From Azolla caroliniana (Eukaryota > Plantae > Polypodiophyta): a stretch of 64,000 nucleotides of DNA. The stretch covers positions 7,316,001 to 7,380,000 of the forward strand of contig JBHGNT010000020.1 in the NCBI GenBank assembly GCA_043228905.1, read 5' to 3'. A program made the position numbers and the translations under genes. The notes under the pieces were generated by a model. That model saw only the letters and a list, made by a program, of their open reading frames with translations, had not been told where the DNA came from and did not search any database. Shown one piece after another: positions 1 through 12,121 of the stretch (the first letter of the stretch is position 1; each line of letters opens with the position of its first letter).

Positions 1-2290
1 GACGGAGCTTTGGGAAGCTTCCAAAGCAAAATTTGACAGGAACTACACACTCCTTGCGTAATGCTCAGCCTCAACCGAGCTTAGAATCAAACATAGAAAA
101 CGGGGAATGAACACACGACACAAAGGAGAGAAGAATACACAGGATGTTTAACGTGGAAAACCCTGAGAGGGAAAAACCACGGGAGTCCACAGACTCCAAA
201 CTATCACTATATCACAATGATTACAACAGTGACCTCTCAAAGGCAATGACCTCGTGCTCACGATCTTCGCCACAGGCGGCGGTTACAACAGAGGCAACGA
301 CCTCTTCCTCTCTCTCTCTCTCTCTGTATTACGCGCTCTCTAGTCTTGCACCAACAAGAATGACAACAACTCTATTCTCTGTTTGCCCTAAGTCATATTT
401 ATACTAATATGACTTTTCGACTATTTACAAATATAGCCCCGATGGACTCTCAGAAACATATTTACAAATATGTCCCTTCATCCGGTGAGCACTTCTCACC
501 GGGCCTTCACCTTCTGACTCTTGCCGGGTACTCCTCATCCGGTTCACACCGGGTCTTCCGTAGCCGTGTACTCCTCATCCGGTTCACACCAGGTCTTCCG
601 TAGCCGGGTACTCGTCATCCGGTTCTCACCAGGTCTTCCGTAGCTGGGTACTCGTCATCCGGTTCTCACCAGGTCTTCTGTTGCCGGGTACTCCACATCC
701 GGTTTCGGCCTCGGCGGAGTTTTCTCATCAGTACTGTTCTTCTCACTTCCCATCCGGAGGGACCTGTTTCCTAACAAAATTATCGAGCTCAAGTGTCAGC
801 TCCGAGCAAGAAAAGAGAAGGGTCGGGCCGAACAACCCGCGCTCCCCACTTTCGGCCACATTATGCCTCTGCTCCTCCCAGAATCAGCCATCCCTGAACC
901 CACCTCAGCTATCCTCCATGAATTAGTTGAAACTCTGTTATCGAAGGCACCCACTCTACTCCCCATAATTGCCGACATGACTGTTGTAACCCATACATTG
1001 CTGCGACAGATTGAGAACATTGCTGCGACAGATTTGGCCATGCTAACAAAGGTGGCCGAAAAGGCCAAAGAACATTATCGTGAGGCCCTCGCTGAACTAG
1101 AGCAACTGCATGCAACCCTCCAAATGGCCCAACATAGAGAGGTCGAATTACAAGCACAATTGGACACAACATTGCAAACAAAGAAGGAGGAGTTCAACAG
1201 AGCCATGGAAGCATAGAAGGCGCAAGCTGCCGAACGCTTGAATAAGCACCAGCAAAATGCGGACCAGACCCTGAGCGTAAAGAAGAAGAGCATGCCACAA
1301 CCTTGCGTGTGCACGCCAACCGAATGGCAGGTGCCATAGAAACGATCGAAGCCGACTTTCAACAATCACTGCAGGATACAATCACCAACTATAAGGAGGC
1401 CCTAAAGGAATCTCAAGAGCGCTACGAGCAACTGGAAAAAGAGAACGACATATCGGTGGTAGAATTCATCAGATTTCACAAACAGTTGCTCGATCTTCGA
1501 ATCCGTGATCGATTGCAACGCGATGAAATTGCAATGTATTGTCAGGAACTCCACGACACCCTACACGCTATCGAATGGGCAAAGCACGAGCTAGCACACC
1601 AACTCGAAGTGGAATGTGATTACTACGACGCTCCAATCACTACTATCTAGGCTCAAATGGAGGAGATGTATAACTCAACACACACACAATTTGAAAGCAT
1701 CCTGAAAGAATGCCAGGTGAATAGTGAAATGGAAAAAACGCAGATTAAAATTTTGCTCCTCAAACACCGGCAACGATTGTACTCCCAGATCATTGACGCC
1801 CTATCTAATAGCTGGAAATCAGGGTTGGCACAGGCGGCCGAATTGCAGATTTTTCGGGCCAACCACGAGAATCGAAAAAAAAGAAGGTTGGGGATTTTTT
1901 AAGATGGACGAAAGTAGCGTCCAAATGCTCTGAGAAGACCTGACAAAGGAATTCTCCTCTCTCGCCCAGGCACATAGTGAGGCAATCGAACAATTACTAT
2001 AGGAATTCAAAGACGAGCAGCTATAGGTTGTCCTAGATCTTGAGCAGTACGAATGGGAGCGGCTCCAAAAAGAAATGGCATTCGAAGCCTCAGTAGAGGT
2101 CAACAATGAAGTCTTCCAAGAAAGCCACCCCGAGTTTGGGGACACACAAGCCAACGAGGAGCTAATAACCGATGAAGGGAGAGACATAGATAAGTAGCTA
2201 GAGTAGGCGACAAAGCAAGAGAAAGAGCCAGAGTAGGAGACATGGCCGAAACAAGAAAATGAATCTACGGAGGAGATTATTCGGCAAAAT
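1..2290 (+). pseudogene. Degenerate coiled-coil ORF, probably a retroelement accessory ORF, split by the solo LTR
   Basis: Removing the solo LTR gives DGALGSFQSKI|IELKCQLRARKEK in frame; E/L/Q/K-rich heptad fragments 863-1216, 1303-1650, 1657-1902 with stops and frameshifts; no recognisable domain. Confidence 0.5.
34..776 (-). mobile_element. Solo LTR, Copia family A
   Basis: TGACAGG..CTAACA ends; perfect 5-bp TSD AAATT (29-33 / 777-781); homologous to the LTR at 50325-50922, which is next to a Met PBS; CCGG-rich ~39-bp tandem units. Confidence 0.92.
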
Positions 2291-2291
2291 G

Positions 2292-3979
2292 AGATCACCC
2301 CTTAAAGAAACGTGTTCTTGACGTCCATCTGATGGAGACGCCCTCCCCTTACAACTATTATCACTAGCGCCACACAAATTGTTGTCATCTTCACCACTGG
2401 TGCGAAGGTCTTGTCGTAATCGATGTTGTGGGTCTGTGTTTATCCCTTGGCCACCAATCGGGCCTTATATCAGTTGACCAAGCCATCGACATTGTACTTT
2501 ACTTTGTACACCCATTTGCACTCGATCAGCTTGTAGTGTCGGGGAGGGTCAACCAATTCCCATGTCTTGTTGGCAGCTAGTGCCGGCATTTCTTCCTCCA
2601 TGGTTGAGTGCCATTTGGCATCCTGTGATGCCTCTGCGTAGCTCTTTGGCTCATGGACTCTACCACTTTTGACATGTACACATAATGATGCACCATGTAT
2701 TCGTTGTATCCGTATCAGATCACTAGATTCTTGTGGCGAGTCGATTGACGTAACTTCTCATTAACCGATTTTAGGGCCCTCTTGGCCACATCTGACCTCA
2801 ACTCCTAAGGCTCCTTATCGCTCTGGTTCGTGTTAGATTCTCCCTGATCCGATGCACCTTTATCTGTGTCGTACTCCGGCATCTTCATCTTCCCCTTCCC
2901 CTTCTCATTGTGCCTAAACTGTCTTCTGAATTTCTAGCACGGGGACTGCACTACTGCATCTTCACTACTCGTCGGCTCTTCATCTAACTGGTCATTCTAA
3001 CTCAGCTCTTCATTCGACCCACTTAGCCTAAATGAAACCCTGATTCTCTTCCGAAGGGTCAAATTCTTCTTCATTAACCACCATCTCAGCCTCACTGGCC
3101 TCATTCTCAACAATCAGCACAGAGTCCTTGGGGGTCAGAAGAGAATATCAGGATGCCAATTCGTCAAAGGCAATGTTGCGGCTCACTCGTACTTGCTTCG
3201 TCCGAGGGTTATAGCATTTGTACCCCTTTTGTCATTGCGAGTAGCTGACCAGGATGCATTTCTCTGACTTGGCATCCAGCTTCTTCCATTTCACATCCGG
3301 CACATGCAAATACACAATGTTGTCGAATACCCTCAGGTGCTTCAAATTCGGCTTGTGCCCGAAATACAACTCATGTGTTGACACCTTTCCTCCATGTGTA
3401 GAAATCTGATCCTAGATGTGCACAGGCGTTCGAACATGCTCTTCTCTTCCAGCATTGCCCGAGTCACTTCCATTGTCAGCTGGTTCTTCCTTTTGGCTAC
3501 GTCATTCTGCTCTGTATATATCTACATCTGAATTCACGACAAATTCCAATCTACTACAAATAACTGTTGAATTGGCCGAAAAAGTATTTTCTTCCCACCA
3601 TCCTACCACAAGCACTTGATTTTACTCTTTGTTTCCCATTCTACAAGATTCTCTAAGTTTCGGAAACAAGAGAAGACATCACTCTCCTTCTCTATGAGGT
3701 AAACCCATGTGTGTTGGTCGTAGTCATCGATAAAGGAGACGAAGTATTGACTCCCGCCTATATTCACATTTTGTGTCACTTGTTTGGGAAAAGAAGCTGG
3801 TATTTCTTCCTTAATTGGTAGGCTTCACAACTTGGGCCTCAGGCCACTGAATTTCCACATTCCGAAAACAATTTGTTTTGCTTGCAACTCTTGAAGCCTT
3901 TCAAAATTCACGTGGTCAATCCACTTATGCCACAAGTCAATATCCGATTCAACTTTTTGTCCTTTGCCGAACATAGAAG
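2292..3979 (-). mobile_element. Old Copia family-B-like pol remnant (GAG-pre-integrase/INT/RT); outermost host of the left nest
   Basis: Minus strand encodes KVESDIDLWHK, KLDAKSEKCILV and HQMDVKNTFL; continues at 21778-21995 (GRMFILDMNDVGTS|MFGKGQK across the A1 insertion). Confidence 0.85.
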
Positions 3980-4473
3980 TGTTGGGAATTTGGTCCCTCC
4001 GGATGGGATCCGGAACGTATCCAGTTGGATCCGGTGTGAACCCGATCCAGGGACATATCTGTAAATATGTTTCTAGTGTGCTTGTCATGGCCACATTTTT
4101 AAATAGTCCTAAACTCATATAAGTATAAATATGACTTAGGGCAAGCACTTTATGTGTGTGTCGATATATTGTTGTACAGAGATAGCAAAGAGAGAGAGAG
4201 AGAGAGAGAGATACAGAAAGCCTCTCTGTTGTAACCACCAATTGGCGAAGGTATAGAGCTTGACGTCGTTGCCTCTGAGTCTCTCCTTGTACCCTTCTTC
4301 TCATAGTGATAGTTGGAGTCTGTGGGCTCCCATGGTTTTTCCCATTTAGGGTTTTCCACGTAAACATCCTATGTCCTCTCTGTTGTCTATGTAAGTGTAT
4401 TAATCTCCATTTCTATTTTGTTCTTCCATTGAGTTTAAGACTCGGTTGTTGCTGAGCGCCATTCCGCACAAAC

Positions 4474-4485
4474 TGGTATCAGAGC
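4474..4485 (+). promoter_or_regulatory. tRNA-iMet primer binding site of A1
   Basis: TGGTATCAGAGC 3 nt after the LTR end CA. Confidence 0.9.
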
Positions 4486-5222
4486 GAAGGTTCTAAAACT
4501 TGAAGAAAATGGAAGAGTCATTCGGAAGCATATTCAAGCTCACCGGCTCCAACTACCCAATGTCGAAATCGAAGATGACAGACATGCTCGTTGTCGTGAA
4601 GATTTTCGGCAATGGTGTGAAAATCGTGTGGAACAAACAAAATCTAGAAAGTGTAATGAGCACTCAATCATTTGTAAATAAAATAAGACTAAAGCCTAGT
4701 AACCTTTGAGTCCATACAAAGGGGTGTAAGCAAGGCTTGAACCTTGCACCTCCATGATAAAAGACGAATTAACTTACCACTAAAGCCACTACTAAGAGCT
4801 TTAGATTTTGTATATTTTCTTTTCATATTCAATATTTCGTAGGAAGAAAACATATAAAAACCGTGGGCACAAAACCATGGTTTTAACCCATGGTTTTAGC
4901 CTGTGGTTTTAGCCCATGGTTTCTGCATGGAGAGACCTATAAAAGCCTATAGTGGGGCTTGTGTAAGGGGGCAAGTGATGTAAGTAAAAAATAAAACTGG
5001 TAATCAAAGATCTGAGTTATTCTAATGGTGATGTATCTTGTCTCATAAAACTAAAGTCAAGGGTTCAATCTCTATCTCAATTTCTCTCTATCTCTTCATC
5101 CATCTATCTATCTTCAATACTTTCTCGCTTACACTGTTAAAAACATCGAATCCTTCCGGTTCAAGACCCCAGTGGTCCTGCTTCATTTCACGAACACGCG
5201 AGGATTTCCTCAACATCTTACT

Positions 5223-5240
5223 TGGTGAACCCGACGTGAA
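5223..5240 (+). promoter_or_regulatory. tRNA-Trp primer binding site of G1
   Basis: TGGTGAACCCGACGTGAA is complementary to the plant cytosolic tRNA-Trp 3' end TTCACGTCGGGTTCACCA (recalled sequence). Confidence 0.85.
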
Positions 5241-5271
5241 AGAGGCGGTAGGGAGGATCTCAAGTACAACG

Positions 5272-7455
5272 ATGGCTTCGACAAGCGGAACTCAAGGAGA
5301 GGAATTAACAAAAGGTATGGTGTCCGTAGTGGAATACATGCTGAAGGTGAGAGATCAAGAAGCTTTAATCGACAAAGTTGTTGATCGTACGGTCGAGATA
5401 GGTGGACGATTTGGTGGCAAGAACATCACAGATTTCCTTGCTACCTGTCGGAACGAGATGCAGCAAAGGGATGTCAACGATCTCAAACAAATTTCAAGCT
5501 TCAAACATGTGGTGGAACCAGGGATCTGCAAGCGTGTCATTTTGATCCAAAACGAGCACACAACTTGGGTGGAGTTCGAAAAGGCGCTTCTCGCTGAATA
5601 CATGTTTGAAGACACGTCACGGATGACTTGACATATGCTAATGACATGGATCGAGAAGAAAGGGAGGAATATGTGTGCATCTGGAGTATATGTCGAATTC
5701 AACCAAAAGTACAACCAACTTCCGAGTGTTGATCAACGAATTCTCAATGGAGATAAAGTCCTACTATTCCTAAAGGTAGTGGATGCGAAAGATCGGCGAG
5801 AATTGGAAAACCTTTTGGAGGACGAAACACAACCAAATGGTTTGGTAGCGGATTGGGCGGCGGTGAAGAAGGCTTGTAGCCGTCTTGATAAGCATCGACA
5901 ATGGCAAGAGGAAACTGATATGGAGAATCCACAATTGTGGAGGAGGAAGGCGCCTATGACGATCGAGCCTAGCAAGCCGATCAACAATTTCGACAAGAAA
6001 ACAATGGAAGAATCCATAATCGAAGAGCTCTCCACGAAGTTTGAAGCGGTATCGTTGGCCAACTTAGGTCGACGCGGGCCCAAGGGAAAAGAAGCATATA
6101 GATGTGTGTGGTGCGACAGCTTCGAGCACTCGCGAAGGGAGTGCACTGACTTGCAAGATGTGATTCGCAAGAACGTCATCTATTTGGACGGCAACATGAT
6201 TCATTCGAGCGAGACCCGGAAGCCACTACGAGTGAACTTCAGAAGAGGCGGGCTGAAAAAGATCGTGGAAGAGGAAGATGCAAAGCATGTAGAAGCCATG
6301 CACTATGCCACATCAGCCAGTATACGAGTTGGAAGAGAGAATCTAAAGATGATCAAGTCGGGAGTTGGGTTTTGGCCAACAGTATTTGCGTGCGAAAAGA
6401 ATGGCGAAATCAATTTGAAGGATCTACAACTTGCTGATCGGAATGTGCGACGAGTTACCGGATGGTCGGATCCAATCAACGATAACACGAGCTTTGCGGA
6501 GGTTGTGTGTGACAACTATGAAGCTCTTGTCGAAGAGAAGAGGAAAAGAACCAGTGAAGAAGATGGCACATCAAAGCATCACAATACGAGGAATGCAGGG
6601 AAAGAAGGACAAGCCCAACCTACGCCACGAAAAGAGATAGGAGAAACAAGCATGAAGCCCGGTGGATCGAGCCAACCTTCTCGGATAGAAGTCGATGAAT
6701 CTGTGAAGAAAGGAAAAGAACGAGCAACGCCAACTTACAAGCTAAGGTCGGACATAGAACAATCAACCGACTTGCGGAAGGTCCTTGAGGAGAAGGTTTT
6801 AGACAGTCATGTCGACCTTACTTTGAGAGAGCTACTTGGGATCGCTAAGAAGGAGTTCCATGATACTATCGTGGACTTGATTAAGCGGAAGAGGCAACAA
6901 GCGGATGAAGAGGAGGTGAAAATAAGTGCGATAACTATGGCAAGATCGGAAGAGGAGAAAGAAGAAGAAGTGATGGTGGACATCCATTACTCTCAGCCTC
7001 ATTGGGCAAGAGCGACAACGGAGACGCCGGTGAAGATCAGGGAGAAGAAAGAGACCGTGGTAGCTTTGATTGACCATGGTTCGGAGATTAACCACATGTC
7101 GACTGAGGTCTACAAAAAGGAAAGATGGCCGATTAATACAAACCACGGATGGAAGATTCGAGCGGCAACGAAGGCCATAGAGGAGTTGTACGGAGCTTGT
7201 CCCAATGTTAAAGTCACGATTGGGGATGTGGAGATGGATCAACACTTCTTCGTGCAAGAATCGGCTTTGCATCCTGTTATCCTGGGTCAACCATATATCA
7301 CATCATCCCGGATGGAGACCAAGGAGTTCGATAATGGAGCATCCTTCGCGTGAATCAAGAGTCTTGACAATCAAAGATCTGTTCAATTCCTAACAGTGCG
7401 AGCTAATCATGAAAGAAATCGAGATAGTCTTGGAGGCAAATCCCCGGATTTTTAG
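5272..7455 (+). pseudogene. gag: G1 gag-protease ORF with two in-frame TGA stops
   Basis: Zinc knuckle CVWCDSFEHSRREC; aspartic protease LIDHGSEIN..ILGQPY; premature stops 5629-31 and 7351-53; terminal stop 7453-55. Confidence 0.85.
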
Positions 7456-8470
7456 AGAGGAATATTGAAGCATGGGGCACAAATAGTCCGAGCCATCGCA
7501 AGTCCCCACAAGGGAGTAGAGCGTGTGGATTGCGAGGAGAAGCAACATGTGTCACACCTAGTGGCGCATATAAACTAGTACTACCCGACAAGAAGGACAA
7601 GCATCGGATACAAGACTTCGAGAAGATGCTGAAAGGAGAAAACATAATAGAAAAAGAAGAGTTCGTGACTCATATTATGGAAGAAGCCTCATTTAACGAC
7701 ACCATTGGCAAAATCGAGGATGTTGTGGATTTGAGCTATCTACACGATCATTGTGTGATTTCGGTTAGCTCCATCAACATGTATGCTATCATCGATGAAT
7801 ATCATCGAAACATCTTGATGAAGGAAGCTGACATCAACACAAAATATAAAACGGTGGATAGGAAGATCAAGCCAGTTGCGGTTCCGCTACCAGAAGATAG
7901 CTGGCAAAAGATGAAGGAAGTCGCTAACGATCCAAGCTTAAGAGATCCAAAGACAATAGTTCATGTCTTCACCGAAGAGACGAAGGGGAAGCTACGAGTT
8001 GGAAGGGAGGATTTCCTCCTCCCTGAAGAGGAGCGAATGTTTCGCGACATGCTTGAGAGACATGGGAAGGCTTTCGCATTTTTCCCACAAGAAATCAGAT
8101 GTGTTGATCCAAGGACAATAGAGCCGATGGTAATCTTCACGGTGCCACATGTGCCTTGGAATTTGAAACCGATACCGGTTCCGAGAGCACACCTACCGAA
8201 GCTAATCGAGCTCTTAAAGGAGAAGGTGGATATGGGAATTTTGGAACCGTCGAATGCTCCCTATTCTAATAGGTGGTTCATGCTGCCGAAGAAGAATGGA
8301 TCATTGTGATTCATCCAAGATCTTCAACTCGTCAACAAGTTGACAATTCGAAATGTTGGAATCGTTCCGAGCGTGGATGAATTTGCCGAGGCGTTTGCGG
8401 ACCAGTCCATCTACTCCATTGGCGATCTCTACTCCGGATATGACCAATTCCAGTTGGCAATCGACAGTCT
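7446..8470 (+). pseudogene. pol: G1 pol N-terminus and first half of RT, in the -1 frame relative to gag-PR
   Basis: KYKTVDRKIKPV, PWNLKPIPVP, SNAPYSNRWF, GDLYSGYDQ; the RT core after this point is missing. Confidence 0.85.
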
Positions 8471-9225
8471 TGATCATCATCATCATTATGCTCATCGCCT
8501 CTTGTTGATTCTCCATCTCCTTGCTACCCGCTTTCACGTCGGGTTCACCACTTGTGTCGTGCCTTTCGGCTTCGGATCGTTACGTGAGTCGGGTGGGAAC
8601 CGCTGGGGTTTTGGACTAGGAGGTGGAAGAATTTGAGAAGAGTCTAGTTATGTATAGATTATTAGAAGTTTGTGAATCCCACAAGTAGAGTTGTTTTAGT
8701 TTATCTTAATCATAGTAATAAATTGAAATAGTTTAGAATAGTTTAGAGTAGAAATAGAAAAGAGATCAAACCTTGTGAATCCCACAAGTATTATATTATT
8801 TCGTGAATCCCCACAAATATATTTTATTGATTGTTGGTGTTTTAGGAAATATATCCAATTTCCCAAATATTTTTCACACCCTATTACATTGTGCTCCTCA
8901 TCCTTATATAGTGATGAGAGAGTCTTCACAATCCATGCTTTTTCTCTAACTATAGACTATATGCTTTATCTAACTTTAGTTTTCATGCAGATTGCATGTG
9001 CATGATTAGCTTTCTATCCATCTTTTCTTTTAACTCGAGTGTGTATGCATGAGTAACTTTTTGTACCATGCATATCTAGAATATTTACATGGGATAAAGT
9101 TTAGTATAACTTTAAAGTTCGTAATATGCTAGTATAGTGGTAAGGCTTAACATTATTAACATGGAGGTACAAGGTTCGAATCTTGCCCTATGCATGTAAT
9201 ATTTATTTATTTTTATATTTTTTTA
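8471..9225 (-). mobile_element. Inverted LTR + Trp-PBS + gag start of a second Gypsy family (G2), replacing the G1 RT core
   Basis: Same 18-nt PBS on minus at 8533-8550; LTR end at ~8555; AT-rich LTR body; tRNA-like module at 9124-9196. Confidence 0.7.
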
Positions 9226-9585
9226 TATTTACAAATATGTCTCTTCATCCGGTGAGAGACTCTCACCGGCCTTCTTCATCCGGGTCTCCTTACCGGTTCC
9301 TCCTTCCGGTTCTCACCGGGTCTTCCTTGTTGATTCCTCCTTCATCCAGTTCTCACTGTGTCTCCTTACCGGTTCCTCCTTCCGGTTCTCACCGGGTCTC
9401 TTTACCGGGTCTTCCTTGCCGATTCCTCCTTCATCCGGTTCTCACCGGCTCTCCTTACCGTTTCTCACCGACTCTCATCGGCCTTCTTCATCCGACCCTT
9501 GTTGGGTCTGCTTCGTCCGGTTCTCACCAGGTACTCTTCATCCGGTTCTTGCCGGCTCTCCATGTCCCATCCAAAGGGACCAAAA
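9226..9585 (-). repeat. Fragment of a family-A-type Copia LTR (U3, CCGG repeats)
   Basis: TTTACAAATATGTC..CATCCGG units..CCCATCCAAAGGGACC matches family A LTRs; both ends truncated. Confidence 0.7.
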
Positions 9586-9619
9586 ATGTAATTTTCACGT
9601 AGTGTGCAAATTACACTAC

Positions 9620-11374
9620 GACAACGGTATGCCATCCGGTTCAGAGCAAAGGTTCTCAGCGAACGACAACAAAGATACGCCCAAGTCAAGCGGGAACTTT
9701 GGGGTATTGTGTCGACAATGAAGACGGACAAAGACTACCTGATCGGGTCTGAAGTAATAATTGAGACAGATTGTCTCCCAATCCTCGGGATGATCTCAAG
9801 ATGTGCGACACCAGATCTAGCTATGCTAAGGTGGATCTCCTATATCAAGTCTTTAAACCCAGAGATCCACCATATTGCAGGGAAGAAGAACGTCATGGCT
9901 GACATGTTGTCGAGGGCAAGATTTGAGAATGAAGGTGACATGGTTTTGGGAGATGAAGACGTCACCCTCAACTTCTTCAAGATGGCTCGACTATCGGCGG
10001 AAGACAAGGGCACGCTAACCCTCCACGCCTTCAACGAGGACGAGTACGAAGGAGAGTGGTTACTAATCAGTAGATTCCTAAGAACAATGACGACGGATGC
10101 TTCGTTGACGAAGGAGGAGGCCCTACAAATCCGGAAGAAAGCTTACCAATACTTCTTGAAGGGAGGATTCCTTTGGCGACACCCAAAAAGAAGGACAGGA
10201 ATACCATGTCGAGTGGTGGTGAAGAAAGAAGAGCAAGTGACGCTAATGACCGAATTCCACGAGAGTGCCTGGGCAAGTCATAGAGGAACATGGGCGACGT
10301 TCAAGAAGTTGAAGGAGAAGTACCGGTGGCCAAGCATGTACAAAGATGTACTCCATTTTGTGCCCACATGCGAAACATGCCAAGTACATTCGAATATACA
10401 TCATCGTGATGAGCTACGACCGACATACCCGCTCACCATACACTTCAAATGGATGGTAGATCTGGTCTCAATGCCAATGGGAGTGGGACAAATGAAGTAC
10501 TTAGCTCTGGCAAGAGAAGACTTGACAAATCAAGTAGAAGGACGAGCCTTGACAAATAAGATGACGTCGGCTATTTGGAAATTTCTACTCGAAGAGGTTG
10601 TCTGCCGATACGGATGTGTGGGAAAGATAGTCACCGACCGAGGGGAGTTGGATGCACACGAAGCAACAAAGCTTTTCGAGCGACTAGGCGTGAAGCTCTC
10701 CCTCACGACTGCCTACAATCCAGAAGTGAATGGGAAGATCGAGCGAGGGCATGGACCTATCGTCAAAGCCATCGTACGAGCATGCAACGGTCGAGTCGGG
10801 AATTGGCCACGAATATTGCCCTGTGCCTTGTGGGCGGACAAAACGACACACAGCTCAGTGACAGGGTATATGCCAACGGAGCTTATGTATGGACAAAAAC
10901 CAATAATGTCCATCGAAAGGACGATCGCCTCATGGGTAGCGATACCATGGGAGAACGAGATGAGCTGAGAAGAGTTATTAGCAGCACGGATAAGGAAACT
11001 TGAAAGAAGACCTGAAGATGATGGAGGTAGCCCAAGTGAAGAACAAAATTCGGTTCAACAAGACGCATCGACTACGTCCCAAGAAGATCGAAGAAGGAGA
11101 TTGTGTATTGTTCTATGACAACAGCCTTGACAATCAACACAATACAACAAGAAAGTTCGCAAGAAGATAGTTCGGACCATATGTGGTGACAAGTGCCAAC
11201 AATAATGCCACATACCACCTTGCGGAGCTAGACGGATCAAGGTTGGTTGTACCCATTGCAGGGAAAAGAGTAAAGAATTTCAAGAAAAGACAAGACGCGT
11301 ATCCTGACCTCGATCACCTCAACGATGAAGATAATAGGATGGATGTGAATGAGGACATGGAAGAATCTGATTGA
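9620..11374 (+). pseudogene. pol: G1 RNase H + integrase
   Basis: RYAQVKRELWG, IETDCLP, NVMADMLSR, HHCC zinc finger (H..H..CETC), WMVDL, VTDRGE, NGKIERGH. Confidence 0.88.
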
Positions 11375-12121
11375 TCACCATAGCCGAAATCTCGCACTCT
11401 CTCTTCTTGGCACGTACCAGACGACGTGCGGTTTGGTGGGGGTAGATGTCGTGAAGATTTTCGGCAACAGTGTGAAAATTGTATGGAACAAACAAAATCT
11501 AGAAAGTGTAATGAGCACTCAATCATTTGTAAATAAAATAAGACTAAAGCCTAGTAACCTTTGAGTCCATACAAAGGGGTGCAAGCAAGGCTTGAACCTT
11601 GCACCTCCATGATAAGAGATGAATTAACTTACCACTAAAGCCACTACAAAGTGCTTTAGATTTTGTATATTTTCTTTTCATATTCAATATTTCATAGGAA
11701 GCAAACATATAAAAATCGTGGGCACAAAACCATGGTTTTAACCCATGGTTTTAGCCCGTGGTTTTAGCCCATGGTTTTAGCCCCTGGCTTTAGCCCCTGG
11801 CTTTAGCCCGTGGGTTTAGCCCATGGTTTTTGCATGGAGAGACCTATAAAAGCCTATAGTGGGGCTTGTGTAAGGGGGAAGGGATGTAAGTAAAAAAAAA
11901 AACTTGTAATCAAAGATCTGAGTTATCCTAATGATGATGTATCTTGTCTCATAAAACTAAAGTCAAGGGTTCAATCTCTATCTCAATCTCTCTCTATCTC
12001 TTCATCCATCTATCTATCTTTAATACTTTCTCGCTTACGTTGTTAAAAACATCGAATCCTTCCAGTCCAGGACCCCGGTGGTTCCGCTTCATTTCACGAA
12101 CACCCAAGGATTTCCTCGACA

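Larger units (their letters stand above)
4592..12121 (+). mobile_element. Gypsy element G1 (non-chromovirus, tRNA-Trp primed) inserted in A1 gag
   Basis: LTRs 4592-5215 and 11447-12121; 4-bp TSD TCGT; removal restores DMLV|VKDL; PBS 5223-5240; PPT GGTGGGGGTAGA. Confidence 0.92.

Noticed and set aside
144-603. Small ORFs repeated in family A LTRs (MTFRLFTN.., MFNVENP..)
   Set aside because: Antisense to the LTR, variable length and frame among copies, driven by tandem repeats
8533-8550. 3' end of a tRNA-Trp gene with encoded CCA
   Set aside because: Only 18 nt, adjacent to an LTR end; it is a minus-strand PBS
9124-9196. Functional tRNA gene
   Set aside because: A/B boxes are present but acceptor and anticodon stems do not form convincingly; lies in an LTR; reported as a tRNA-like module
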